From an uncultured delta proteobacterium (GTDB taxonomy: Bacteria > Myxococcota_A > Polyangia > Polyangiales > B10-G4), in NCBI GenBank assembly GCA_963727445.1, contig CAVSGI010000021.1, positions 693,975 through 757,974 of the forward strand: DNA of 64,000 nt, read 5' to 3'. Below, piece by piece: positions 23,476 to 34,232 of this stretch. A model generated the notes under the pieces. It was not told the DNA's origin. It made no database searches and saw nothing but the letters and a program-made list of their open reading frames with translations. The position numbers and the translations under genes are program-made. Positions within the stretch are counted from its first letter, which is position 1. Each line of letters starts with the position of its first letter.

Positions 23476-24537
23476 TCAGAGGCCGAGGGCGGTCGACAAG
23501 AGGGCCAGTCCCTCCTCCACCACGTCGTCGTCCTTGGTCCAGCCGACGCGGAACGATGAGCGCTCGGCGCCGAAGAACTCTCCCGGTGCCACGATCAAGC
23601 CGTGGGCTCGTGCCGCCTCTTCCACCCGGGGCCGCACGTCCACGTCCGATGCGATTCGCACGAAGCCGCAGAAGCCGGCGGGCGGTTTGATCCACGACAG
23701 CGCGTCGTGTCTCCCGACCCATGCATCCACCCGTGACGCGCCCTCTCCGACGAAGGCGTCGGCGCGGGCGTCCAGGGCTTCGCTCGCCTCGAGGGCGGCG
23801 AGGCCGATCGCCGTGTGCGGGCTGCCGGTCTGACCGGTGACGTGCCTCATCGCGGTCGCCGCGGGTCCCGTGAGGAACGCTGGCGGACCGAGGAGCCAGC
23901 CGGCGCGCGCCCAGCCCATGCCCCAGCGCTTGGTGAGGCTCGAGGCGGCGAGCACGCGCTCGCCCAGGCGGCGCGCGGTTCGGGGCGGCCCTTCGGCGAA
24001 GGCGGCGTAGACCTCGTCGACGAAGAGCCAGACGCCCTGGGCGGCGCAGAGGTCGTGAATGCGTCGAAGGGTCGGTTCGGGGATGGGGAGGCCGCTCGGA
24101 TTGTGGGGGCTGCTCAGGAGGACCATCTTGGTCCGCTCGCTCATCCGGGCCTCGATCTCGACGGGATCGAGCGCAAAGGCACGCGCGAAGGGCCGCTCCA
24201 CGTGCGTCACCACCGCGCCGAGGCCCGCTGGGATCGCGTGCAGCGGCTCGTACGTGGGCGTCTCGACGATCACCTCGTCGCCTGGCGCGAGGATCGCCGC
24301 GCAGGCGAGCCACAGCGCGTTCGATACACCGAGAGTGGGCAGGACCTCTTCCTTCGCGACGCCGAAACGCGCGGCCAGCCGTTCGCGAAAGGCATACCAG
24401 GTGCCGAAGTCCGAGAGTGCGATCTCGCCCAGGCTCGAAGCGTCCAGATCCGGCGTCCCGCTCGACGCGAGATCGAAGCGGGTGATCCGCGGGTAGAGCT
24501 GGTGCGCCCAGCGCAGGTAGCGGAGGTCGGCGAGCAT
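23476..24537 (-). CDS. PLP-dependent aminotransferase class I/II
   Basis: SPHNPSG, VDEVY, SLTK..G...R.GW. Confidence 0.9.
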   Translation of the reverse strand: MLADLRYLRWAHQLYPRITRFDLASSGTPDLDASSLGEIALSDFGTWYAFRERLAARFGVAKEEVLPTLGVSNALWLACAAILAPGDEVIVETPTYEPLHAIPAGLGAVVTHVERPFARAFALDPVEIEARMSERTKMVLLSSPHNPSGLPIPEPTLRRIHDLCAAQGVWLFVDEVYAAFAEGPPRTARRLGERVLAASSLTKRWGMGWARAGWLLGPPAFLTGPAATAMRHVTGQTGSPHTAIGLAALEASEALDARADAFVGEGASRVDAWVGRHDALSWIKPPAGFCGFVRIASDVDVRPRVEEAARAHGLIVAPGEFFGAERSSFRVGWTKDDDVVEEGLALLSTALGL

Positions 24538-24538
24538 C

Positions 24539-25669
24539 TCAGTCGGCGAGCGAGAGGATGCGCATCCCGACCTCGCCCTCGACCTCCACCAGCTCGCCGG
24601 TGGCGACGGCCTGACCGTTGGCGCGCAGGGTCACGCGCTCCCCGATCCCGCGGCCGGTCGCGAGCACCTCGCCCACCGCCAGAGAGGCGACCTCCGCGAG
24701 CGGCAGCGTGAACCGTGCGATCTCGATCGACACTTCGAGAGGCACGTCGTTTGCCCGGCTCGTCGCGTCCGTCTTGGTCTGCGGCTCCATCTTCGTCCCC
24801 TCCTTTGCGCCGGGCGCGAGCCCGACCTCGATCTTCGTGATCCGGAGCGCCTCCGGCGCGAGCGCACACCGCACCCTGAACGCATGGCCGCCAGCGAGGC
24901 GCGCGCGCACCTCGCCCGCGAAAGCGCCATTCGCCGCGGGGCGCAGCCACGACTCGTCGAGGAGCAGCGCGTCGCCCGGGCGGAGCCCGCGCAGCTCGTG
25001 ATCCGCGATCGTTCCCCAGGCGGCTTCCACCAACGCCGTCAGCGGAAGCGCGAGGAGGGCTGCGCTCACGGGCGCGGCGGCTGTCGTCCTGAGCGCGGCG
25101 TCGAGGGCGCGCTCCGGCAGCCACATCCGCGCGAGTCCGCGCGCCTCGCCCAACCACACGCTCGCCGGCAGGACCACCGCGCCCGCGTCGCCGAGCGCGC
25201 CGGCCAGCGTGCCGGCCGAGGTCGCCACACCGCGGACCACGAAGGGCAGCCCGGCCGCGCTCACCGTCCGTGCGGCGACGTAGGCGAGGGCGCCTCGCTC
25301 CACGTCGCTGAGCGGGCCGACCGGGACGGCGGGGTCGTCGCCTTCGCCGCCGAGCGCGCGATCACACACCAGCGCGGCCATGCGCGGGTCGAGCTCGAGC
25401 GCTGCGCGGGCGCCGAGCCCACCCCCCGCGTGCTCTAGCACGATCGCCGCCAGCGGATCGGCGAGGGCGCTGGCGAGCCCGCCCGGCGGGCAGTGCTCCA
25501 GCGGCGCGAGCTCGAAGGACACCGTCGTCCCCAGGAGCTCAAAGAGCGCCTGCTCCGGAAGTCGCGCCGAGGGCATGGCCCGCGCGACCCGCCGGAGCGG
25601 GGACAGACGCGCCCGCGCCACCCGCGGGATCCGCTCCCAGGGAAAGGGCCGAGGCTCGGACGGGGTCAT
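24539..25669 (-). CDS. sctQ: SctQ / FliM-FliN family type III secretion C-ring protein
   Basis: Two SpoA domains: L.PGD.LL, and C-terminal DVPLEVSIEIAR..L...L.VGEVL...GELVEVEGEVGMRI. Confidence 0.82.
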   Translation of the reverse strand: MTPSEPRPFPWERIPRVARARLSPLRRVARAMPSARLPEQALFELLGTTVSFELAPLEHCPPGGLASALADPLAAIVLEHAGGGLGARAALELDPRMAALVCDRALGGEGDDPAVPVGPLSDVERGALAYVAARTVSAAGLPFVVRGVATSAGTLAGALGDAGAVVLPASVWLGEARGLARMWLPERALDAALRTTAAAPVSAALLALPLTALVEAAWGTIADHELRGLRPGDALLLDESWLRPAANGAFAGEVRARLAGGHAFRVRCALAPEALRITKIEVGLAPGAKEGTKMEPQTKTDATSRANDVPLEVSIEIARFTLPLAEVASLAVGEVLATGRGIGERVTLRANGQAVATGELVEVEGEVGMRILSLAD

Positions 25670-25761
25670 GACGGCGTCTGTATCATGGCGGGGCAGGCGG
25701 CGAAATCGTGCTGCGCATCCTCGGCTTGCCAGCGCTGGCTCGCAAACCCAAGCTCCCGGCC

Positions 25762-26730
25762 GTGGTGGACGACGCCCGCACGCAGAGATTCTCGCGCTTC
25801 GCCTGGGGGCTGCTCGCGTACACGGTCGTGGTGATCCTCTGGGGCGCGTTCGTGCGCGCGACCGGCTCGGGCGCTGGCTGCGGCGAGCACTGGCCGCTGT
25901 GCAACGGCGAGGTGATCCCACGCTCGCCCGCGGTGGAGACCCTGGTCGAGCTCACGCACCGGATCACCAGCGGGCTGAGCTGGGCGCTGGCGGCGGTGGC
26001 GGTCCTGTGGTCGCGACGGGTGCATCCGGCGGGCGCGCCGGCGCGCCGCGCGGCGGGCTGGACGCTCTTGTTCATGACCACCGAGGGGCTGGTGGGCGCG
26101 GCACTGGTGCTGCGCGCGCTGGTGGCCGAGAACGCGAGCGCCGAGCGCGGCTTCTGGATGGCCGTACACCTGGTGAACACCTTCCTGCTCCTCGCCTCCA
26201 TGACCCTCCTCGCGTGGCAGGCATCTGGACGGCGGCGAGTGCACGTGATGCGGCGCGGCTGGCCCATCTACGGCGCCCTCCTCGCGGTGATCTTCGTCGG
26301 GGTGAGCGGCGCGATCACCGCGCTCGGCGACACGCTCTTTCCCGCGCGCTCGCTGTCGCAAGGGCTGGCGCAGGATCTCGCCCCTTCGGCACACCTCTTC
26401 GTCCAGCTCCGCGTCTTTCATCCGCTCATCGGATTGGCCGCTGGCGCGGCGGTGCTCTTCGGCGTGGGCTACCTCTATGCGACGCGCCCCTCGCCGTCGG
26501 TACGCCGCCTCTGTGTGGGGATCTTCCTGCTCTTCTCGTTGCAGGTCGGGCTCGGCTTCCTCAACGTGGCGCTCCTCGCGCCGGTGTGGCTGCAAATCGT
26601 GCATCTGCTCGTCGCCGACCTCGTGTGGATCTCGCTGGTGCTTCTCGCCGCCGCGGGCGTCCGTGAACGCGAGGCCTCAGTCCAGGCTGACCCGCACGCC
26701 CAGCTCGCGCTCGACGGTCGCAGCGAGTGA
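25762..26730 (+). CDS. ctaA: Heme A synthase (COX15/CtaA)
   Basis: GAFVRATGSGAGC..WPLC; ELTHR; conserved TM His residues; IVHL. Confidence 0.9.
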   Translation: MVDDARTQRFSRFAWGLLAYTVVVILWGAFVRATGSGAGCGEHWPLCNGEVIPRSPAVETLVELTHRITSGLSWALAAVAVLWSRRVHPAGAPARRAAGWTLLFMTTEGLVGAALVLRALVAENASAERGFWMAVHLVNTFLLLASMTLLAWQASGRRRVHVMRRGWPIYGALLAVIFVGVSGAITALGDTLFPARSLSQGLAQDLAPSAHLFVQLRVFHPLIGLAAGAAVLFGVGYLYATRPSPSVRRLCVGIFLLFSLQVGLGFLNVALLAPVWLQIVHLLVADLVWISLVLLAAAGVREREASVQADPHAQLALDGRSE

Positions 26731-27309
26731 CGCCGCCTCGGCGTGCGTCAGGCTCTCGGGGCTGAGCGCGACCTCGAGATCGTCTTCGAGGAGAGAGAGA
26801 CGCACGTCCACGGCGCCGCGCGCACCGAGGTCGAGCTTCATCCGGAGCGCATGGCCATCCGCGCCCTGCCTGCCGATGGAGACGGAGGTCACCATGCTGT
26901 CGGCCATCGCAGCGAGCTCGGCGAGGGCCTGCGCCGTGGGATCGGTCGGCGTCACGGACTGCGAGGAGAGCGGAGCCAGGTGGGCGCCGAAGCTGCCTTC
27001 TCCGAGCACCGGCGGCGGCGGCGAAAAGGCTGCGAGCGCGCTCGCGTCGTCATCCTCCGCGAGGGCCGCGCGCTCGTCGCCATCGCTCTCGCGCTCGGGA
27101 TTCGGATCCGGCTGAGGCCGCTCGAGGTGCGCCTCTCCCTTCGCCTCGAGGGGGATGGGTCCGTGGTCGGCCCCGGCCTCGGGGCGCGAGAGCCCTTCGA
27201 GTGCACGGAGAAAGGCGGAGCGTCCGCGCCGCGAGGTGCGCGGCCTGTGGCGATCGCCGGCAGCAGCGGGGGGATGGGCGGGGGCGCGCGGAGGAATTGT
27301 CCTGGCCAT
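26677..27309 (-). CDS. FliK/SctP-like length-control protein
   Basis: Pro/Ala low-complexity N-terminus; C-terminal LRMKLD.GARGAVDVRL..LEVAL..L..ELGVRV (Flg_hook/T3S4-like); same strand as, and upstream of, sctQ. Confidence 0.55.
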   Translation of the reverse strand: MARTIPPRAPAHPPAAAGDRHRPRTSRRGRSAFLRALEGLSRPEAGADHGPIPLEAKGEAHLERPQPDPNPERESDGDERAALAEDDDASALAAFSPPPPVLGEGSFGAHLAPLSSQSVTPTDPTAQALAELAAMADSMVTSVSIGRQGADGHALRMKLDLGARGAVDVRLSLLEDDLEVALSPESLTHAEAASLAATVERELGVRVSLD

Positions 27310-27387
27310 GCGCCCTTATCGAGGCGCCGGACGGGCGGTTGCGTGATCGTCCACAAAGACGGCCTTTGTGTTGTTATCCTCCCCGCC

Positions 27388-28536
<1,149 letters not shown>

Positions 28537-28665
28537 AGCGGATCTCGTGAACGCTCCATGCGCTCTGGACTTGCCCGGCGCGCCCTTTGCGCCTAGTGGA
28601 CCTTCCCGTGGCGGTCCTTGACCGCGTTGCCGGTGCCTGTAATAAAGCGCCGCAATATCGGTGAT

Positions 28666-29577
28666 GTGGCAGTGACGACCTCCAACGATCAGGCGCTCGA
28701 CGTTCGTCCCTCCAGGGGGGCGCTCTCGACCCTGCGCGAGCTCGTCTCCCTCACCAAGCCGCGCATCACCCTGATGGTGGTCCTCACCGCCGCCGGTGGG
28801 ATGTGGCTGGCGCCCGGCCATGCGTCGGTGGTGACGGTGCTGGTCGCCCTGGGCGCGCTGGCGCAGGTGGTGGCTGGCGCCAACACGCTCAACTGCTGGC
28901 TCGAGCGGGACACCGATCGGCTGATGCGTCGAACGGCGGTGCGTCCGCTCCCAGCGAAGCGTCTTTCGCCGACCCCGGCGCTGCTCTTCGGCCTCGCGTT
29001 GGGGCTCTCTTCAGTGCCCATCCTCTGGTACTGGGTCAACCCGCTCACCGCGCTCCTCGGCGCCGTCTCGCTGGTGATCTACGTCTGCGTCTACACGCCG
29101 ATGAAGCAGCTCAGCTGGACCGCGCTCCTGGTCGGCGCGGTGCCCGGCGCCATGCCGCCGCTCATGGGATGGACCGCGGTGACCGGCTCCATCGACGCGC
29201 CGGGGCTGGTGCTCTTCGGCGTCCTCTTCATCTGGCAGATCCCGCACTTCCTCGCGATCGCCACCTTCCGCCGCAAGGAGTACGAGGCGGCGGGGCTCGT
29301 GGTGCTGCCCTCCGTGCACGGGGATCGCGCGGCGCGCTGGCACAGCGTCTTCTGGACGGCGCTCCTTCTGCCGCTGTCGCTGATGCTCACCTTGCTCGGG
29401 GTGGCGGGGTGGTTCTACTTCGCCGCGGCGCTGATCATGGGCGGGCACTACCTTCTCATGTCGGTGCGCGCCGTCCGGAGCCCCGCGGGCGAGACCTCGT
29501 GGTCGAAGGCGGTCTTCTTTTCGTCTCTCGCGTATCTGCCGGTCGTCTTCGCCGTGCTGATGGCCGACGCGGGCTGA
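28666..29577 (+). CDS. ctaB: Protoheme IX farnesyltransferase (heme O synthase)
   Basis: LTKPRIT, N..LERD.D..M.RT..RPLP, YTPMK, GA.PGA.PPL.GW, WQIPHF. Confidence 0.96.
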   Translation: MAVTTSNDQALDVRPSRGALSTLRELVSLTKPRITLMVVLTAAGGMWLAPGHASVVTVLVALGALAQVVAGANTLNCWLERDTDRLMRRTAVRPLPAKRLSPTPALLFGLALGLSSVPILWYWVNPLTALLGAVSLVIYVCVYTPMKQLSWTALLVGAVPGAMPPLMGWTAVTGSIDAPGLVLFGVLFIWQIPHFLAIATFRRKEYEAAGLVVLPSVHGDRAARWHSVFWTALLLPLSLMLTLLGVAGWFYFAAALIMGGHYLLMSVRAVRSPAGETSWSKAVFFSSLAYLPVVFAVLMADAG

Positions 29578-29616
29578 GGCCGTCGCTTGCGTTTGCGTGG
29601 AGCAGCCTCGAGCCTG

Positions 29617-30168
29617 ATGGCGGTGCTGCTCCTCGTCGTCCTCGGCTGCCACGACCAGGAAGAGCTCCCGGTGCTGGGCGAGATGCCCGCGTTCGACTTC
29701 GTCGATCAGGACGGCGAGCACTTCACCCAGGCGGAGGTCGAGGGCAAGGTGGTGATCGCGACCTTTCTCTTCACGCGCTGCGTGACGATCTGCCCGATCC
29801 TGTCTCAGCGAACGGCCGAGATGCAGGAGCGCCTCTCGGGGGAGGGCGACGCCGTGCACTTCCTCTCGTTCAGCGTCGACCCCGAGCACGACACCCCCGA
29901 GCGCCTGCGCGAACACGGCGAGCGCTACCACGCCGACTTCGATCGTTGGACCTTCCTCACCGGCGACATCGACGCGGTGAACGAGGTCGTCGTGCGCGGC
30001 TTCAAGCTCGCCATGGGCGAGCCTCAGCCGGGCCCGGGAGACACCATCGAGGTCATGCACTCTCCGCGCTTCGTCCTCGTCGATCGCCAGGGGCGCATCC
30101 GCGGCTACTACGAGAGCAATGAAGCGGGGATGCGCGAGCTGGAGCAGGCGGTGCGGTCGCTGCTCTGA
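29617..30168 (+). CDS. SCO1/SenC copper chaperone lipoprotein
   Basis: FTRCVTICP (CxxxC), SVDPEHDTP, HS..FVLVD..G.IRG. Confidence 0.93.
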   Translation: MAVLLLVVLGCHDQEELPVLGEMPAFDFVDQDGEHFTQAEVEGKVVIATFLFTRCVTICPILSQRTAEMQERLSGEGDAVHFLSFSVDPEHDTPERLREHGERYHADFDRWTFLTGDIDAVNEVVVRGFKLAMGEPQPGPGDTIEVMHSPRFVLVDRQGRIRGYYESNEAGMRELEQAVRSLL

Positions 30169-30233
30169 GGCTCGGCGCCGCGGCCGGCCTGGACCGCCGA
30201 GCAATTCCGCTTCACTTGATGTAGACCGGCGCC

Positions 30234-31172
30234 ATGCGTCCACATCGAACCCTCCTCCTCGTCGTGATGCTCGGCTGCGGCGGACAGAGCGCCGACTCGC
30301 AGGCGGTCGCCCCCGCCGCCGTTTCGACCACGAGCGCCTCGGGCGACGTGGATGACGGGCAGCGGATCCTGCTCTTCCGGCCCCACGCCGTCGGCGACCG
30401 CAACGAGGGCACGCTGAGGGCTCGGAGTCAGACCGTGACGCGCGTCACCGTCGACGGAGAGGTCGTGAGCAGCGACGTCGAGAGGCTCGACATCACCCTG
30501 GTCGCCGAGATGGTCGTGCAAGAGGTCAACGGGCGAGGAAAGCCCACACGGACCGAGTACACGGTTCGACGGTGTACGACCGCCGGCGAGCCGCCGCGCG
30601 AGCTGCTCCCGCCGGGCGCGGTCTTCGTCGTCACGGCCGCGGAGCCACCGGCGGACGGCTCGATCACCCTCGTCGATGGCGAGCTCTCGGAGGACCAGCG
30701 GAAGCGGCTCGACCTGGTCGTCTCCACGCATGCCTCGACCGTGACCGACGACGACATCTTCGGAACGGCGGAGCCGCGTGGCGTCGGCGATTCGTGGGCG
30801 ATCGACAGTTCGGTCGCGGCGCAGGACCTCTCCCGAATCGCGACCCTCTCCTTCACCTCCGACGAGCTGTCGGGAGCCACGACCTTCCGGGGCACCGAGG
30901 AAGTGGAGGGGGTTTCGTGTCAGATCGTCGAGGCGGCGATGCACGGAGAGGGCTTCGAGATCACGGGACTCCCCGACGGAGCCGTGGTGCAGGACGCTTC
31001 CCTCGACCTCGAGCTGAGCGCAGATCTCCCCGTCGACACCACCATGCCTCGCCTCCGCTCCGCGAAGCACATGCACATGCAGATGACCGTCGACATCCCC
31101 ACCGAGGACGGGCGGACCGCGGTCACGACCGTGGACAACGAGAACGTGTCTACGCAGGAGATGCAGCCCTAA
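30234..31172 (+). CDS. Hypothetical lipoprotein (beta-rich)
   Basis: Lipobox MLG-C; GVGDSW motif; coding-like codon usage. Confidence 0.65.
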   Translation: MRPHRTLLLVVMLGCGGQSADSQAVAPAAVSTTSASGDVDDGQRILLFRPHAVGDRNEGTLRARSQTVTRVTVDGEVVSSDVERLDITLVAEMVVQEVNGRGKPTRTEYTVRRCTTAGEPPRELLPPGAVFVVTAAEPPADGSITLVDGELSEDQRKRLDLVVSTHASTVTDDDIFGTAEPRGVGDSWAIDSSVAAQDLSRIATLSFTSDELSGATTFRGTEEVEGVSCQIVEAAMHGEGFEITGLPDGAVVQDASLDLELSADLPVDTTMPRLRSAKHMHMQMTVDIPTEDGRTAVTTVDNENVSTQEMQP

Positions 31173-31176
31173 CCGC

Positions 31177-33132
31177 TCAGTCCGGGTCGCACACGCCGTC
31201 GCAGAAGGACGTGATCGTTCCGTCGTGAAGGTAGCTCGAGAGCTGCTCGCGGAGCGCGGTGAGCGCGATGGCGTTCGTGTGCGTGCCGTTGTCGGGCGGG
31301 AGGCGTGTGCCGGGCAGGAGCGGGTCGGCGCCCATGTCGTACATCACCTGGCCGGAGCGCAAACCGTCGCCATACGCGGTGGTCGGTACCTCGTAGGGCT
31401 CGTAGGGTGACGGCGTGACGTGCGAGAGGCCGGCGACCCTGGCCAGGTAGTCGCTCGAGAGGTTGTTCACGTAGCTGTCGTTCAGCACGGTCTGCAGGAG
31501 CAGCTGCTTGTCGGGCGAGCCGGGGAGCGGCTCGTTCAGGATCAGCGGAGCGAAGGTCGCGCCGTCCGCGAGATCCCACAGATGCGCGCTCATCGCGAGG
31601 AGGATGTCCCGGCCTCGCTTGTCCGTGTAGGTCGAGTTCAGGACCAGGTTGAACCCCGCGAACGCGAAGGAGCGCGAGATGAGCGTCGGCCAGTGCGTGC
31701 CGCCGATGACGAAGGCGAAGCGACCGATGTCGGGGGTGAGCGCGGCGAAGACCGAGCCGTTGACCGCCCCGCCGCTCACGCCGAGATAGCGGAGGTCCGT
31801 GGTGTCGATCTTCCGTACGCCGCCGACGTTCCACTCGGCGAGCTCACCGCAATCGCCCTTCATGTTCCGGCTGAGCGTGATGAAGTTCACCATCGCCTGC
31901 ATGAGGCGCTCGGGGATCTCGACGAGGCGGGACAGGTCGTCGACCTCCTCGAAGAGCGTCGTGATGTCGAGGTGGCTCAGGCCCCAGTAATCGGTACCGA
32001 TGGCGGCCATGCCCATCTCTTCGAAGACCGTCGATATCGGGTGCTCGAGGCCGATGCCGCCTTCGCCCTCGTCGACCGAGAGGTTGGGCGCCTCTCCGAG
32101 GAGGCCGTGGCCGAAGATCGCCACCGGGACCGGGCCGGCCGCCTCGGCGGCGCTGACCGGAACGATGGCGACGAAGCGCGCCTGCCCCATCCCTTGGAAC
32201 TCCGGAAGGCCGTCCGCGCCCCGAACGATGCGCGCCCCCGGCTCCTCGCTCTCGGCGTAGAGCGGCACCTCGAAGGTGCCGGAGAAGCGCCGGTAGATGA
32301 CGCTCGAGCCGAAGTCTTCTTCGGAGGTCTCGACCGTGCACGTGGTCCCGCGTTCACCGATGCGGGAGAGCGCGTCGTCGCGCATGGCGAGGAGGTCCCG
32401 GCGGATGCCGTCGAGGGTGCCGGTGCGGAAGTCCCATGCCTCGATGAGCGTCGCACGTTCGATCCCGGCGTCCGCGAGGATGGCGAAGACCTCGTCGAAG
32501 GTCGCGCGCCGCGCCTCGAGCTCGTCCGTGCTCGTCGTCGTGCCGTCCCGGAGGGCGGCGAAGTACGAGGATGGCGGGACGGGCGCGCCATCCTCGTAGG
32601 TGAGCGCGCGGATGGCGACGACGTAGCGGTGGTCCTCGGCGAGCGGTCGGATCGGGCGCAGATAGAGCGTGGTCTGTGCGGGATCGCCGCCGGGCCACTC
32701 GTCGATCTCCGCGATGTGAGCGACGCGCTCGCCGGTGTCGGCGTCGAGGAGCACGGTGGGCGAGTCGGGCGCGAGGCTCCGCGCGATGTCTGTCTCGGAG
32801 GCGAGGACGCTCGTGTCGAGCGCGCCGCCGTCCACCACGGTCGCGATCGGGGTGTGGACGCTGAATCCGTCGAAGCGATTGTAAGGAGCAGGATCCACGC
32901 CATTGCCCATGCGATCGCGCAGCATGGCTTCGGGTGGGATCTCGATGCGCCGGCCGGTGCTGGTGTCCGAATCATCGACGAGGTAGCGGCTCGAGGGGTA
33001 GGGCGCCATGCAGCTGCCCGGATTGAGGTTCTCGCACTCGGGCCGCGAGACGTCGATGGCGGGTACGGGCGCGTCGCCGCCACACGCCATCAGGCCGAGG
33101 AGCAAGCAGCAAGGTGCCGAGACCGTCCGCAT
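31177..33132 (-). CDS. Lipoprotein alpha/beta hydrolase (extracellular lipase-like)
   Basis: LMA-C lipobox; PYPS..Y, DGFS, IFGHGL, nucleophile elbow G-V-S-G-G, C-terminal His. Confidence 0.75.
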   Translation of the reverse strand: MRTVSAPCCLLLGLMACGGDAPVPAIDVSRPECENLNPGSCMAPYPSSRYLVDDSDTSTGRRIEIPPEAMLRDRMGNGVDPAPYNRFDGFSVHTPIATVVDGGALDTSVLASETDIARSLAPDSPTVLLDADTGERVAHIAEIDEWPGGDPAQTTLYLRPIRPLAEDHRYVVAIRALTYEDGAPVPPSSYFAALRDGTTTSTDELEARRATFDEVFAILADAGIERATLIEAWDFRTGTLDGIRRDLLAMRDDALSRIGERGTTCTVETSEEDFGSSVIYRRFSGTFEVPLYAESEEPGARIVRGADGLPEFQGMGQARFVAIVPVSAAEAAGPVPVAIFGHGLLGEAPNLSVDEGEGGIGLEHPISTVFEEMGMAAIGTDYWGLSHLDITTLFEEVDDLSRLVEIPERLMQAMVNFITLSRNMKGDCGELAEWNVGGVRKIDTTDLRYLGVSGGAVNGSVFAALTPDIGRFAFVIGGTHWPTLISRSFAFAGFNLVLNSTYTDKRGRDILLAMSAHLWDLADGATFAPLILNEPLPGSPDKQLLLQTVLNDSYVNNLSSDYLARVAGLSHVTPSPYEPYEVPTTAYGDGLRSGQVMYDMGADPLLPGTRLPPDNGTHTNAIALTALREQLSSYLHDGTITSFCDGVCDPD

Positions 33133-33191
33133 CGCGGCCAAGCTACGCGGCTCCCGGGTCGCGTGCCACCCGGCGCGGCGCGGCAGATGCG

Positions 33192-34232
33192 TCAATCTCC
33201 TCGCGCCAGCTCCGACACCACCCGCGTGAGCCCCAAAGTCGCTCGCGCCAGCCGCTCGTAGTCGAGCTCCTCGGGGAGGTCGGTGGGCTCGTGGTAGTGC
33301 GGGTTTCGGAAGAGCGCGGTGTCGGTGATCATGATCGCCCTGTAGCCCGACTGCCAGAAGGACCAGTGATCGGACCAGTCGACGCCAGGGATGCTGGCTG
33401 GGAGGGCGGCGCCCTCCGAGGGCAGGGCGGTGTCCTCGCGGAAGGTCGCGACCGAGCGATGCAGCAGATCGCGGGAGCTCACGTCCGAGACGAAGCCGAG
33501 GAAGTTGCCGGTGTCCGGAAAGAAGAGGCTCAGGGGAAAGGGATAGCGCTGGGTGTCGGCCTCGTCGCGAAAGTACGCCATCGTCTCCAGGCTGAGCATG
33601 GCGACCACGTCGGCGTTCTGCGCCGACAGGGCGCGCGCATGAACCAGGCTGCCCATGTGCTCTGACTGAAACCAGGGCGGCTCCTCGTTGACGAAGGCGA
33701 CGAAACGGAGGGTGCGCGCGGGGGACCGTCCCGAGAAGGCGCGCGCGAGGGCCAGGAGCACCGCGACGCCGGAGGCGTTGTCGTCGGCGCCCGGGGTGCC
33801 GGGCGCAGAGTCGTAGTGCGCGCCCACCACCACCATCTCCCCCGCCCGCGCGTCGCCTTCGACCTCGACCCAGAGGTTTTCGACCTCGTCGCCGCTCACG
33901 TCGTAGCGCTCTCGTTGCACGTCGTAGCCCTGCGCTTCGAAGGCCTGGGTGACCCAGTCCCGCGCGGCCACCAGGGCCTCGGGGTGAAGGAGGTTCCGCT
34001 CGCCAATCTCCTCTGAGAGCGTCCGGACATCCGCCTCGAGGGCAGCCGCGAGGGCGCGCTCTTCGTCGGTCGCCGCCGGAATGGGCCCCGAAAAAGAGTC
34101 GCCCGGCAGCCACAGGGCGTAAGCGACCGCGAGGAACAGGCCGACGAAGAACGAGACGTAGAACGCGATGCGGATGCGGAGCCAGCGGCGCGCCCGTGCA
34201 TCACGCGCCGGATCTGGGTTCTCCTCCGTCAC
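33192..34232 (-). CDS. M28 family metallopeptidase
   Basis: GAHYDS, GADDNASG, NEEPP, SDH, YH..TD. Confidence 0.92.
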   Translation of the reverse strand: MTEENPDPARDARARRWLRIRIAFYVSFFVGLFLAVAYALWLPGDSFSGPIPAATDEERALAAALEADVRTLSEEIGERNLLHPEALVAARDWVTQAFEAQGYDVQRERYDVSGDEVENLWVEVEGDARAGEMVVVGAHYDSAPGTPGADDNASGVAVLLALARAFSGRSPARTLRFVAFVNEEPPWFQSEHMGSLVHARALSAQNADVVAMLSLETMAYFRDEADTQRYPFPLSLFFPDTGNFLGFVSDVSSRDLLHRSVATFREDTALPSEGAALPASIPGVDWSDHWSFWQSGYRAIMITDTALFRNPHYHEPTDLPEELDYERLARATLGLTRVVSELARGD

